DNA from: Bacteroidota bacterium
GTDB lineage: Bacteria > Bacteroidota > Bacteroidia > Flavobacteriales_D > JABDKJ01
Direction: 5' to 3'
DNA length: 63,580 nucleotides
Assembly (NCBI GenBank): GCA_039028335.1
Contig: JBCCIF010000004.1
Span: 1 to 63,580 of the forward strand
Every line of letters starts with the position of its first letter. Positions within the stretch are counted from its first letter, which is position 1. Of this stretch, positions 21,459 through 31,749 are shown one piece after another. The notes under the pieces are model-generated. The model did no database searches. It saw only the letters and a program-made list of their open reading frames with translations, and had not been told where the DNA came from. A program made the position numbers and the translations under genes.

Positions 21459-22337
21459 TTATTGATAGCCATAATGCTTAAGCCGATTGTCCTTATCTCT
21501 CCAGTCTTTATCGACTTTGACATAAGTTTCTAAAAACACTTTCTTTCCTATGAAGGCTTCAATGTCTTTTCTAGAATCCATACCCACATATTTCAGTTTA
21601 CCCCCTCTCTGTCCTATTAATATAGCCTTCTGAGATTCCCTCGCAACCATAATTTCCGCTCTGATTCGAACAATATTCTTCTCTTCCTTGTAGGATTCTA
21701 CTACCACTTCACAGGAATAAGGAATCTCCTTTTTATAATGCAGAAATATTTTCTCTCGAATGATTTCAGAAACAAAAAAGCGCATAGGCTTATCTGTCAT
21801 TTCGTCCTTTGGAAAAAATGGTGGTCCTTCAGGCAGCAATTCTACAATGCGATTATAGACTTCTTTGAGGTGGAATTTGTGAAGTGCACTAATAGGAATA
21901 ATTTCAGCTTGTGGGAGTTTGTTTTGCCATAAAGAGATCTTTTCCCCAACTCTTTGCTGATCACTTAAATCGATCTTATTGATTAAAACAAGAATAGGAA
22001 CCTTCAACTTCTTTATCTTCTCAAAGATGGGTTCATAATTCATTTCATCTTCAAAAATATCCGTAACCACTAGTAATACATCCGCATCTCTCAAAGCAGT
22101 GAGTACGAAAGCATTCATTTGCTCATGCAGTTTATATGCCGGATTGACGACTCCAGGCGTATCTGAAAAGACAATTTGATAGGATGCCTCATTAATAAAC
22201 CCTAGTATTCGATGTCGGGTGGTTTGAGCCTTAGAAGTAATTATGCTCAACTTCTCTCCCAGCATTGCATTCATGAGTGTAGATTTCCCAACATTTGGGC
22301 TTCCGACAATATTTACATATCCCGCTTTATGTGACAA
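21459..22337 (-). CDS. era: GTPase Era
   Basis: G1 motif GSPNVGKST, G3 motif DTPG, G4 motif NKID and a C-terminal KH domain. The likely start is the TTG at 22337, giving (M)SHKAGYVNIVG as in other Era proteins. The track ORF extends to 22403. Confidence 0.9.
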   Translation of the reverse strand: MSHKAGYVNIVGSPNVGKSTLMNAMLGEKLSIITSKAQTTRHRILGFINEASYQIVFSDTPGVVNPAYKLHEQMNAFVLTALRDADVLLVVTDIFEDEMNYEPIFEKIKKLKVPILVLINKIDLSDQQRVGEKISLWQNKLPQAEIIPISALHKFHLKEVYNRIVELLPEGPPFFPKDEMTDKPMRFFVSEIIREKIFLHYKKEIPYSCEVVVESYKEEKNIVRIRAEIMVARESQKAILIGQRGGKLKYVGMDSRKDIEAFIGKKVFLETYVKVDKDWRDKDNRLKHYGYQ

Positions 22338-22450
22338 TGAAGAAAATTTTTGCTCGCAAAGAAACAAAATATATATTTGCAGCCCATTTGAACGAAAGAC
22401 CAATCAAAATTTTTGCCTGACTAGGGCGCATAGGTTGGCTAAAGATACAT

Positions 22451-22523
<73 letters not shown>

Positions 22524-22530
22524 CTAGAGA

Positions 22531-22558
22531 AAACCAGATCATTAGATCTGGTTTTTTT
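22531..22558 (+). terminator. Rho-independent terminator after tRNA-fMet
   Basis: A 10-bp stem AAACCAGATC/GATCTGGTTT with an ATTA loop, running into a T-tract. Confidence 0.75.
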
Positions 22559-22560
22559 CG

Positions 22561-23793
22561 TTAGAACCGAGCATTCACAAAATTATTGTTAAGCGACCCA
22601 AAGCGATAAGAAACACCAAAATTGGCGAAGTACCTGAATTGAGTATCTAATTGCCTAATTTGTAAGAGTATGTCTTCATCTGTTATAGAATCCTTCGGAA
22701 TATTTATTCTATCGTTAACCCAAGACACGAAAGCACTCAGCCAAACTCTGAAACCCTTAAATAACTGCCAACTAATACTAGGGTCAAAGTAGACATTATA
22801 CAGCTTAGGATTATGCAAATATTGCTCTACACCAAAATCAATTGAAAAGTCACCCATTTTTTGCGTCTTGAAAAATTCTATATCTATAGAGTGTCTTCCT
22901 ACCCACTCATTCAGTTTATTGAAAACCGTAGAATCTGTATAATTATAGTATTCTGGTCCGATTGAATACCTGAAGGTAAATCGCTTGGTTTGTACTTCAT
23001 CGTAAGGATAAATATTATATTCTACTGCTGGTTTAAAAGCAAAATTCACGTCCATATTGCTAAAGGTTGAAGAACCGCCTTCTGACAAAAAGCCCAAGGA
23101 CCAATTTTGATTTAAGCTTTTCACATAAGTCAAAAATGCATTATAGTCTATTATCTCACTAACAAATGTCTCTCCATCAGTCAATGTAAATGTTGACCTA
23201 TTTAAACCTGAGAAAGCACTGAAACGAAATTTGCTTTCTTCTGTTATTCTTGAAGCCGACAAGCTCGCATTCAAATTTAGACTTCTAAAAGAAGATTCTC
23301 CATTCGTCCACCCATTGGCCCGAATATTATACACCCAATAATTCCAGGGATCAAAAATGACCTCGTCCGACAATGAGTCCACTTCTTCTTCATCCATGGA
23401 ATAAGTAATTTTGTTAATCAAAGGAGTTTGAATAATATATGGAAGCAATCCCTTTTTCAAATATTCAACCATTACATCTCTTCGGATAAAATCAGTATCA
23501 TTTGGACCAAAATTAAAGGAGAGAGTGTCTATACGTTGATCAAAATCTTCACTTCCCTGAAAAACCATTTGAATTTCTCTTCCACCACTTGCGGTTTGCA
23601 CACCTGTTATCAAAACAAACACATCAGCTTCCATACGCTCGAGTGAATGATCTACGAATGTTATGTTCTGTTTGATATAGTCAAAATAACATCTGGTGTT
23701 ACAGTCGATAAAAAGATCTAACTTATCCTGAGACTGGGAAAATAATGAAATACTTCCTAGGATGATTAACATTAAACTTTCGAATCGCTTCAT
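22561..23793 (-). CDS. Hypothetical outer-membrane beta-barrel-like protein
   Basis: Signal peptide (MKRFESLMLIILGSISLFSQ), alternating amphipathic strands in the C-terminal half and a terminal aromatic residue (...VNARF). The family was not recognised. Confidence 0.5.
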   Translation of the reverse strand: MKRFESLMLIILGSISLFSQSQDKLDLFIDCNTRCYFDYIKQNITFVDHSLERMEADVFVLITGVQTASGGREIQMVFQGSEDFDQRIDTLSFNFGPNDTDFIRRDVMVEYLKKGLLPYIIQTPLINKITYSMDEEEVDSLSDEVIFDPWNYWVYNIRANGWTNGESSFRSLNLNASLSASRITEESKFRFSAFSGLNRSTFTLTDGETFVSEIIDYNAFLTYVKSLNQNWSLGFLSEGGSSTFSNMDVNFAFKPAVEYNIYPYDEVQTKRFTFRYSIGPEYYNYTDSTVFNKLNEWVGRHSIDIEFFKTQKMGDFSIDFGVEQYLHNPKLYNVYFDPSISWQLFKGFRVWLSAFVSWVNDRINIPKDSITDEDILLQIRQLDTQFRYFANFGVSYRFGSLNNNFVNARF

Positions 23794-23863
23794 CTTTTCG
23801 TTTTTAGAAAGTCCTAAAATAATGAAGGAATATATGCCTAAAAGCGCTTTTACGTTATTTTAC

Positions 23864-23899
23864 AAAAAAATCCCCAGCAGTGTGCAGATGCTGAGGATT
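23864..23899 (-). terminator. Rho-independent terminator ending the dcw-ftsZ-yqeY transcription unit
   Basis: The minus strand reads AAATCCTCAGCA-loop-TGCTGGGGATTTTTTT, a hairpin with one mismatch followed by T7. Confidence 0.7.
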
Positions 23900-23980
23900 T
23901 CATTTTAATTTAGCTATGAGTGTCAAAAATAAGCGAGGTATGTATTATAGTCCATACCCATCAATGGTGATTTATCTGAT

Positions 23981-24430
23981 TTAAGAACTCAATAATTCTC
24001 TTACGATTCCTGAGATGACTTTGCCATCTGCTTTTCCAGCCATTTTACCAGTGGCCTGCCCCATGACTTTTCCCATATCGGCCATTGAACTTGCTCCTGA
24101 ACTGCTAATTATCTCTTGTACTATTGCTTTAATCTTTTCATTAGACAGCTGCTCTGGCAGAAAGGACTCTAAAACATTTGCTTGGGCCATTTCTTCATCA
24201 TATAGATCTTCTCTACCCTGCTCTTTGTAAATATCCGCTGCCTCTTTGCGTTGTTTATGCAATTTGGTAATGAGCTTAAGTGCTACTTCGTCATTCACTT
24301 CAGAAGAACCGTCTTTTGTGGCCTCCAAAAGAAGAGCGGATTTCACCGCTCTCAATGTTGCCAATTTGACTTGATCTTTTGCACGCATGGCATCCTTGAT
24401 GCCATCATTAATGTTATTAGCTATACTCAT
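23981..24430 (-). CDS. yqeY: GatB/YqeY domain-containing protein
   Basis: Typical YqeY sequence (I.D.IKDAMRAKD...L.TLR..KSAL...). Its start overlaps the ftsZ stop (TAATG). Confidence 0.85.
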   Translation of the reverse strand: MSIANNINDGIKDAMRAKDQVKLATLRAVKSALLLEATKDGSSEVNDEVALKLITKLHKQRKEAADIYKEQGREDLYDEEMAQANVLESFLPEQLSNEKIKAIVQEIISSSGASSMADMGKVMGQATGKMAGKADGKVISGIVRELLSS

Positions 24431-26070
24431 TAGTCCACATTGTCATGTAAAAATGAATTGTTCTCTTTAATTTGGATCTTAGGATTCTCAGGTGTCCCAT
24501 CATTATTGATAGACAATCTACTTATCTCAGATTCTGACGAATGCGCTACTTTCTTCAAAACAGTGTTGTTTCGCTTGTATGCCGGAACATTCTCTAATTC
24601 CGCTAATCCATCTGGATTACGCAGCTTCATTGTATTTTCTCTAATGCGTTTTAGACGATCATCATTTAACTTTTGTACGTCTGCCAGACTTGGGCCTGAT
24701 TCAGCTTCTTGAACCGGTTGCGAGCTCGGTGCAGGAATCTCAAATGCATTAATTGGCATTTCCTGATCTATTACAGGCTCATCATTTAAGGAAAAATACT
24801 GCTTTTCTTCTTCATTAACACTCTCTGGTTCTGCTGTGTCTTTTTCAACCTCTGTAACTTGCCTTAAAATCGGTTCTTCAAAGTCCAAATTAATCTGAGG
24901 GGCTTCTTCATTTTCTTCCTCATCATTTTTCTGTACTAGAAATGGCTCAGGTTCTACTTCCTTTTCAATTTGAATTTGCTCTGAATTATCCACAGGATTT
25001 TCTAATGGACTTTCTATTGGTTTGGTTATGATAACCGGAACATCCTCGTTCAGTTCTCTTTTTACCGTTTCAGGTTCTTTGTTCTCATCAACACCAACAT
25101 CCGGCAAGTTAGAACTAAATCCAGTCGCGATAACAGTTATATTCACCTCGTTCTCCAGATTCGGATCCTGTCCGTAGCCCATGATGACTTCTGCTTGCAT
25201 TCCTGCTTCATTTTGAATGAAATCAGTTATTTCCGATAGCTCATCCATGGTTATGTCATCCTTTCCATGCGCAATGTTCAACAATATATGCCTTGCTCCT
25301 TTAATCTCATTATCGTTCAATAATGGAGACTCAAGGGCTTGTTTCACTGCTTTCATAGCACGCTCTTCCCCTTCAGCTGTGCCGGATCCCATAATTGCCA
25401 CTCCACTGTCTTTCATTATGGTATTGACATCATTCATATCTACATTGATATATCCAATTGTCGAAATAACATCAGCAATTCCCTTTGCTGCAGTAGTTAA
25501 AATACTATCTGACTCAGCAAAAGCTTTTGTCACAGTGAGATTACCACATACTTCTCTTAATTTATCATTCTTAATTACCAAAAGCGTATCTACCGACTTA
25601 CGCATTTCTTCGAGACCAGCTTCAGCTAGACTTCTTCTTCTCGGTCCTTCGAACATAAATGGGATGGTAACAATGCCAACAGTTAATATACCCATTTCCT
25701 TTGCAGCTTGTGCGATAACCGGTGCCGCCCCAGTGCCTGTTCCACCACCCATTCCGGCAGTGATAAATACCATAGTCGTCTTATTCTGAAGAACTTCCTT
25801 AATTTCCTCAATGCTCTCTATCGCTGCATTTCGTCCAACACTTGGTATTGAACCTGCACCTCTACCTTCGGTTAAGGCAGTTCCTATTTGTATCCTATGC
25901 GGAATTTGCATTCTGTCTAAATGCTGAGCATCCGTGTTGCATACGATAAAATCCACTCCTTTAATTCCGAGGCCATACATGTGATTCACTGCATTGCTTC
26001 CTCCCCCTCCTACACCTATTACTTTGATAATAGAAGACTTTTCTTTTGGTAATTCAAATTCTATTGGCAT
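24430..26070 (-). CDS. ftsZ: Cell division protein FtsZ
   Basis: Tubulin signature GGGTGTGAAP and N-terminal VIGVGGGGSNAVNHM. A long acidic linker precedes the Bacteroidota-type C-terminal peptide (NNSFLHDNVD). Confidence 0.97.
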   Translation of the reverse strand: MPIEFELPKEKSSIIKVIGVGGGGSNAVNHMYGLGIKGVDFIVCNTDAQHLDRMQIPHRIQIGTALTEGRGAGSIPSVGRNAAIESIEEIKEVLQNKTTMVFITAGMGGGTGTGAAPVIAQAAKEMGILTVGIVTIPFMFEGPRRRSLAEAGLEEMRKSVDTLLVIKNDKLREVCGNLTVTKAFAESDSILTTAAKGIADVISTIGYINVDMNDVNTIMKDSGVAIMGSGTAEGEERAMKAVKQALESPLLNDNEIKGARHILLNIAHGKDDITMDELSEITDFIQNEAGMQAEVIMGYGQDPNLENEVNITVIATGFSSNLPDVGVDENKEPETVKRELNEDVPVIITKPIESPLENPVDNSEQIQIEKEVEPEPFLVQKNDEEENEEAPQINLDFEEPILRQVTEVEKDTAEPESVNEEEKQYFSLNDEPVIDQEMPINAFEIPAPSSQPVQEAESGPSLADVQKLNDDRLKRIRENTMKLRNPDGLAELENVPAYKRNNTVLKKVAHSSESEISRLSINNDGTPENPKIQIKENNSFLHDNVD

Positions 26071-26094
26071 ATCTCTACTTTTAATATTCTTTTC

Positions 26095-27354
26095 TTAATC
26101 GTGTTTTTCAGACATGAACTCTTCGGCTCCTTGAAGAATTCTTCCCAACAAGCCAGTTCCAGACTTGCTCTTTTTTCTTTTTCTTCTTTCGGGTTCAGTC
26201 AAACGCTCTAAACGCTCGAATCCTTTGATCACTAAACCGACTCCAGTGCTGTACATTGGACTGGTAATCTCTTCTGAATTCACTGAGCCCAAATGCTCAT
26301 TTGGATAACCAATTCTTGCATCCATACCCGTTTTAAAGGAGAACAATTGAGGCAAATGCTTCAACTGAGAACCACCACCTGTAACAACTATTCCACCAAT
26401 TAATTGTCGCTCGAAGCCCGAATTCTTGATTTCGTAATGAACAAAATCGATAATCTCCGACATACGCGCGTGAATTATGGAAGAGAGATTCTTCACTGAA
26501 ATTTCCTTTGGAGGCCTACCGCTTAATCCAGGAATGCATACAATCTCATTTTCTTGCTTATCCATTGGCATCGCTGTCCCAAACTTCTTCTTTAATTGTT
26601 CAGCATGCTTTTTCATTATCGTGCATCCCGATTTGATGTCATTGGTTATGATGTTACCTCCAAAAGGAATAACTGCAGTATGTCGGATTATTCCATCATG
26701 GAAAATTGCAATATCAGTGGTACCACCGCCTATATCTACCAAAACAACTCCTGCTTCCTTCTCTTCTTCACTCAATACTGAAGCTGCTGAAGCCAGCGGT
26801 TCTAGCATTAGATCTGTTGCAACAAGATCGGCTTTGCCTACGCATCGATGAATATTCCTAATTGCATTTACATGTCCTGTAATGATGTGGAAGTCGGCTT
26901 CTATTTTTGTACCGGCATGACCTATAGGCTCTTTGATTCCGGTTTCATCATCAATGATATATTCTTGAGGCAAGACATCAATAATTTCTTCGCCCGGAGG
27001 CAATGCAAGTTTTTCAGCATCTTTTACCAAGCCATCGAGATCAAACTGATCTATCTCACCTAAATTATTATCCCGCATTCGCATGCCTCTATGCTGCAAA
27101 CTTTTTATGTGCTGTCCGGCAACACCGACATTCACACTCTTAACCTCTATACCCGAGATATTTGACGCTTCTTCAATTGCAGCATTGATCGAATCAACAG
27201 TTTGTTGAATATTCGAGACGATACCTCGATTGACACCGATAGATTCAGAGCGCCCCATTCCTAAAATTTCAATTTTTCCTTGCTCGTTTTTTCGTCCAAC
27301 AATACAGGCAATCTTTGTTGTTCCGATATCTAAGCCTACTACAAATTCTGACAT
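26095..27354 (-). CDS. ftsA: Cell division protein FtsA
   Basis: Actin-fold motifs (VGLDIGTTKI, DIGGGTTDIA) and position between ftsQ and ftsZ. Confidence 0.95.
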   Translation of the reverse strand: MSEFVVGLDIGTTKIACIVGRKNEQGKIEILGMGRSESIGVNRGIVSNIQQTVDSINAAIEEASNISGIEVKSVNVGVAGQHIKSLQHRGMRMRDNNLGEIDQFDLDGLVKDAEKLALPPGEEIIDVLPQEYIIDDETGIKEPIGHAGTKIEADFHIITGHVNAIRNIHRCVGKADLVATDLMLEPLASAASVLSEEEKEAGVVLVDIGGGTTDIAIFHDGIIRHTAVIPFGGNIITNDIKSGCTIMKKHAEQLKKKFGTAMPMDKQENEIVCIPGLSGRPPKEISVKNLSSIIHARMSEIIDFVHYEIKNSGFERQLIGGIVVTGGGSQLKHLPQLFSFKTGMDARIGYPNEHLGSVNSEEITSPMYSTGVGLVIKGFERLERLTEPERRKRKKSKSGTGLLGRILQGAEEFMSEKHD

Positions 27355-27358
27355 ATTC

Positions 27359-28117
27359 CTATTTTTTAGTGCAAACGATTTGATCTTTGTACTTCAAATT
27401 TACCGTACTGAACGCATTCCAGTAATTGCCTTTATCGCAATTCGCGTAGAAAGCCCTCAGTTTCTCAAACTTAGTCCTTAGATCACTTGCATTTCCTACT
27501 AATATTTTATGATTTCCAATACGAGGTGTTAATTCTATTTCTTGCTTCGTGTCAATATGGATTTGTACTATCTGATGTTTCCACATTGGATTTTCTTCAA
27601 TAAATCTCAATAAAGACAAAAGGTCATCTTTCAGTTCTATTTTGCTCTCTTCGTTTGATCTAAAATCAAGTGAATTCGCACTCGTAATGGAAACTAACCG
27701 AGCGGCATGGAGGGCTGATAAATCAATTGGGCTCCCTTCTAAATCAATGTAGTACGACTCTCCATTGGAGTTAAAAATTCTCGCTACGGGCTCTTTTTGA
27801 ATAACTGAAATATGGAGTTGACCTGCTATATCAGAAAATACTTTTGCCTCTTTGACTTGAGAAATGGCTTTGATTTTATTTTCAATTTGATCGACAGGAA
27901 TATCCGTTATTTTTTGTCCTTCTATTCGAAATTCATTTTGAGACAAAGTATAGTCTAATGTGGACTCATTGATAAGAGGATATTCTTCTCCCTTTTCTAT
28001 TTCGAAAATTAACGTGTTGCAAATACGCTCATTGAAGCTTAAAGTAGAAAAGCTTAACAAGGTGAAAAAAGATGCGATGAGCACCATCCAAATTGTGATT
28101 CTTAGTACTTTCTTCAT
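27359..28117 (-). CDS. ftsQ: Cell division protein FtsQ/DivIB-like
   Basis: Single N-terminal TM segment, POTRA-like region, and position between murC and ftsA. Confidence 0.8.
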   Translation of the reverse strand: MKKVLRITIWMVLIASFFTLLSFSTLSFNERICNTLIFEIEKGEEYPLINESTLDYTLSQNEFRIEGQKITDIPVDQIENKIKAISQVKEAKVFSDIAGQLHISVIQKEPVARIFNSNGESYYIDLEGSPIDLSALHAARLVSITSANSLDFRSNEESKIELKDDLLSLLRFIEENPMWKHQIVQIHIDTKQEIELTPRIGNHKILVGNASDLRTKFEKLRAFYANCDKGNYWNAFSTVNLKYKDQIVCTKK

Positions 28118-28118
28118 A

Positions 28119-29498
28119 TTAGGATTTAATGCTTAATTCATTTAAAATCCCCTCTTTCAAGGGTTGAACACACCGGTCAATATCTCCAGCTCCTAAGGTC
28201 ATAATTATGTCATATTCAGATTGTACAACCTGCTTAAGTAATTGAGCCTTTGTGCAAAGCGTCTTTTTGTCAAGATTAACTTTCTCTAACAATACTTGGC
28301 TACTGACCCCAGCAATTGGCTCTTCTCTTGCTGGATAAATATCTAGCAAAATCAACTGGTCCAATTCCGACAATTCCTTGGCAAATTGAATCATAAAATC
28401 GCGTGTTCTGGAGAATAAATGAGGTTGAAAAACTCCAAGCACAGTCTTTCCTGGATACAAGAGTTTTATTGCTGAAATAATCGACTTTAATTCACCAGGG
28501 TGATGAGCGTAGTCATCAATGTAAATGCAATCGGGTTCATTTATTATGTACTCGAATCTTCGCTTAACTCCATGATATGACTCCAATGCAGCACGTATTT
28601 CGCTTTTCTCAACTCCTAGTTTGTTGGCTGTTATTGAAGCGGCCAGAGCATTTAATGCATTGTATTCACCAGGAAGATGAAAACATATCCCCTCTAAACG
28701 ATCGTTATCGAGTATCATATCAAACTGAAATCGGCCCTGGTCAATTTTCAAATTCTCAACACGGTTCGCACTTGCACCATAATTAACTATTGCAGCATTC
28801 AGTTCTTCATTAAACTTTACGGAATCATGCTTAACAATGCCTCCTTCATTTGCTGTTCTATTAGCAAAAGACCAAAAGGTATTTTGAAAATCAGCTTGAT
28901 CACGATAAATATCAAGATGATCTGCTTCTATTGAGGTAATAATGCTAATAAAAGGCTCTAGTTTAAGGAATGAGCGGTCGTATTCATCAGCTTCAACGAC
29001 AACGAGATCAGAAGATTTATTTAGTAAAAAATTACTCTTCAAATTTGTGGATATTCCTCCTAGAAAAGCATTACAACCTATGCTCTCATTAAGAATATGT
29101 GCAAGGATGCTTGATGTCGTTGTTTTACCGTGCGTTCCAGCCACGGCCAAGACTTTCATTTCTTTTAAAACCAGAGCTAAGGCATCAGAACGTTTAAGAA
29201 CTTTATATCCCTCATCTCTAAAGAATTTCAAAATTCTCTGATCCTTGGGTATGGCTGGGGTATAAATCACAAGCACATTTGACTTTTCCACGTTCAAAAA
29301 ATCAGTTTCTATACTTTCTTCTTGATCATTGTAAGTAATGGATATACCTCGATTCTCTAAATCAGTAGTTATAGATGAAGATGTTCTATCATAACCGTAA
29401 ATCGGAATGTCGAAAGCATTCATATAGTGTGCAAGCGCACTCATACCTATGCCTCCAATCCCAATTAAATAAGCGCTATGGATATTTAATTTTTTCAC
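28119..29498 (-). CDS. murC: UDP-N-acetylmuramate--L-alanine ligase
   Basis: Mur-ligase P-loop (AGTHGKTTTSS), N-terminal GIGGIGMSALA motif and dcw position. Confidence 0.95.
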   Translation of the reverse strand: MKKLNIHSAYLIGIGGIGMSALAHYMNAFDIPIYGYDRTSSSITTDLENRGISITYNDQEESIETDFLNVEKSNVLVIYTPAIPKDQRILKFFRDEGYKVLKRSDALALVLKEMKVLAVAGTHGKTTTSSILAHILNESIGCNAFLGGISTNLKSNFLLNKSSDLVVVEADEYDRSFLKLEPFISIITSIEADHLDIYRDQADFQNTFWSFANRTANEGGIVKHDSVKFNEELNAAIVNYGASANRVENLKIDQGRFQFDMILDNDRLEGICFHLPGEYNALNALAASITANKLGVEKSEIRAALESYHGVKRRFEYIINEPDCIYIDDYAHHPGELKSIISAIKLLYPGKTVLGVFQPHLFSRTRDFMIQFAKELSELDQLILLDIYPAREEPIAGVSSQVLLEKVNLDKKTLCTKAQLLKQVVQSEYDIIMTLGAGDIDRCVQPLKEGILNELSIKS

Positions 29499-30601
29499 CC
29501 AATCAATTCGAATATTTCTTTTGCGATTCTGCCGGCAGCATTTTCTTTGGCTAGTTCTCCTGCCTTTTGAGACATGTCTCTCAATTTGTCCTCATCTTGA
29601 ATTAATTCTATGGCGAGTGGAATAAGCTCTTCTTGTGCATTTTCATCTCTGACTAAAAGAGCCGCACCTTTACTGAGCAGTGCCTGTGCATTTTTAGTTT
29701 GGTGATCTTCAGTCACATTTGGGGAAGGAACAAGAATGGAGGGCATTTTAGTTAAACTCAATTCCGAAATTGACATAGCTCCCGCACGCGAGATCGTCAA
29801 ATCTGCAAGGGCATATGCCAAATCCATTTCCCGAATGAACTCAAGGGTCCTAATTCCGTCATAATCAAATGAATTGGATTGTTCTTTGGCATCAGCAAAG
29901 TAATATTTACCTGTTTGCCAAAGCACTTGAATACCGCTTTCTTTAATCTTTTCTAGATGAGACAAAAGGCTATTGTTCAATGTTCGCGCTCCAAGACTCC
30001 CTCCAATCACCAGAAGTGTCTTTCTTTCAGCAGATAATTTGAAATGGCTTAGGGCTCTTTCCTTCTTTCCTTCCAGATCAACAACATTTTGACGCACCGG
30101 ATTACCCGTAATAACTAGTTTCTCTTTTGGAAAGTAATTGTCCATTCCATCAAAAGCAACGCAGATTTTCTTTGCTTTTCGTGCAAGAATGCGGTTGGTT
30201 ATTCCTGGATATGAATTTTGTTCTTGAATAAGCGTTGGAAGGCCTTTATTAGCAGCAGCGCGTAGAAGAGGACCGCTTGCATATCCACCGACACCAACGG
30301 CTACTTGAGGAGAAAAATTTCTGATGATTCCACGAGCACGTTTTAAACTTTGAATAATTTTGAATGGGACCAGAAGATTCTTAAGCGTTATCTTACGTTG
30401 AATACCAACTATATTCAATCCTTCGATAGGATATCCTGCCTCTGGGACTTTTTTCATTTCCATCTTACCCTTAGCACCAACAAAGAGAATTTCAGTGCTT
30501 GAATTCTGTTTCTTCAAGGCATCTGCAATGGCTATAGCAGGAAATATATGTCCACCTGTTCCGCCTCCGCTAATAATTACTCTAGGCGACTGCGAACTCA
30601 T
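29495..30601 (-). CDS. murG: Undecaprenyldiphospho-muramoylpentapeptide beta-N-acetylglucosaminyltransferase
   Basis: The GGGTGGHIFPAIAIA motif. The start was moved to the ATG at 30601 (MSSQSPRVIISGGG). The track ORF extends to 30661. Confidence 0.95.
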   Translation of the reverse strand: MSSQSPRVIISGGGTGGHIFPAIAIADALKKQNSSTEILFVGAKGKMEMKKVPEAGYPIEGLNIVGIQRKITLKNLLVPFKIIQSLKRARGIIRNFSPQVAVGVGGYASGPLLRAAANKGLPTLIQEQNSYPGITNRILARKAKKICVAFDGMDNYFPKEKLVITGNPVRQNVVDLEGKKERALSHFKLSAERKTLLVIGGSLGARTLNNSLLSHLEKIKESGIQVLWQTGKYYFADAKEQSNSFDYDGIRTLEFIREMDLAYALADLTISRAGAMSISELSLTKMPSILVPSPNVTEDHQTKNAQALLSKGAALLVRDENAQEELIPLAIELIQDEDKLRDMSQKAGELAKENAAGRIAKEIFELIG

Positions 30602-31748
30602 GACTGGATTGTTGTGCTGTTTGCTCTTGGCTTTCTCTAGAAACGCATTGAATGAGACCAAGTGCGAGGCAAGTAAACCAAATAGATGTTCCTCCCATAC
30701 TTACCAATGGCAAAGGTTGGCCGGTCACTGGAATTAGATTAACTGCAACTGCCATATTCACGAATGCTTGAAAAGCGATCATAAATCCCAACCCGATTAC
30801 TACGTAGGCACCAAATTTTGAATTCGCTCTTCGTGAAATGCGCATGCATCTTATAAACAAAACTAAATACAAAAAAAGGAGCCCAACTCCGCCTAAAACT
30901 GAACCGTACTCTTCAATAATAAAAGCATAGATCATATCGGAATATAAATGAGGCAGGTAATTTGGGGAAGCGCCCTTGCCTGGCAAGTCCGGTAATATTC
31001 CTCCTGATACAATGGCCAATTCGGCTTTTTGAACTTGATAATTTTCAGCACTTTCTCCACTCCAAAAATCACTTATTCTTTCAGACCAGGTATTCAATCT
31101 TGGAAGGGCTTCCGGAGCTACTTTAGCAATTCCAACCATAGCTCCAAAAGAGAGAACTGCCGCTAAGATGACAATGGCCATGTGGCCGACACGAACTCCG
31201 GCTATAAACATCAAAACGAAACACGTACCGAAGAGAAGCGCAGCAGTAGAAAAATTTGCGGGTAGAATAAGCAGACAAATTATTCCAATCGGAATCAAAA
31301 CAGGAATGACCCCTAATTTAAAATTCCGTATTAGATCTTGATTCTTTGTAACTAAGCGGGCTACATAAAGCACCAATGCAATTTTGGCCAAGTCCGAAGT
31401 CTGGAAACTTTGATTAACGATCGGAATAGTAATCCATCTTTTCGCATCATTGATATCGTTGCCAAAAAGCAATGTAAAAGCCAATAAAATGGCCGCAAGA
31501 AAAATTAGGAGTATTGAAATTCTGTAGACATACTTGAATTTAATTCGATGCATGAAATACATAATGCATAACCCGATACCAAGCATAGTGCCATGTCTAA
31601 ACAGATAGTAAAAGGTATTTCCATCTCGATACTTTTCAGCCAATCCTGAAATTGAGCTATACACAGCTATTAGAGAAACAAAACAAAGTAAAAACGTTAC
31701 TATCCAAAGAATTCGGTCTCCCTTTAAATATTTAAATAGTCCGGCCAA
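30582..31748 (-). CDS. ftsW: SEDS-family peptidoglycan glycosyltransferase FtsW
   Basis: Ten-TM SEDS pattern (...PLPLVSMGGTS...) and dcw position. Confidence 0.92.
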   Translation of the reverse strand: MAGLFKYLKGDRILWIVTFLLCFVSLIAVYSSISGLAEKYRDGNTFYYLFRHGTMLGIGLCIMYFMHRIKFKYVYRISILLIFLAAILLAFTLLFGNDINDAKRWITIPIVNQSFQTSDLAKIALVLYVARLVTKNQDLIRNFKLGVIPVLIPIGIICLLILPANFSTAALLFGTCFVLMFIAGVRVGHMAIVILAAVLSFGAMVGIAKVAPEALPRLNTWSERISDFWSGESAENYQVQKAELAIVSGGILPDLPGKGASPNYLPHLYSDMIYAFIIEEYGSVLGGVGLLFLYLVLFIRCMRISRRANSKFGAYVVIGLGFMIAFQAFVNMAVAVNLIPVTGQPLPLVSMGGTSIWFTCLALGLIQCVSRESQEQTAQQSSHEFAVA

Positions 31749-31749
31749 T

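Noticed and set aside
25217-25789. A 190-aa plus-strand ORF inside ftsZ. Similar antisense ORFs occur inside ftsA (26477..26851) and murC (28942..29241).
   Set aside because: They are antisense to strongly supported dcw genes and have no start context or recognisable domains. They are shadow ORFs.
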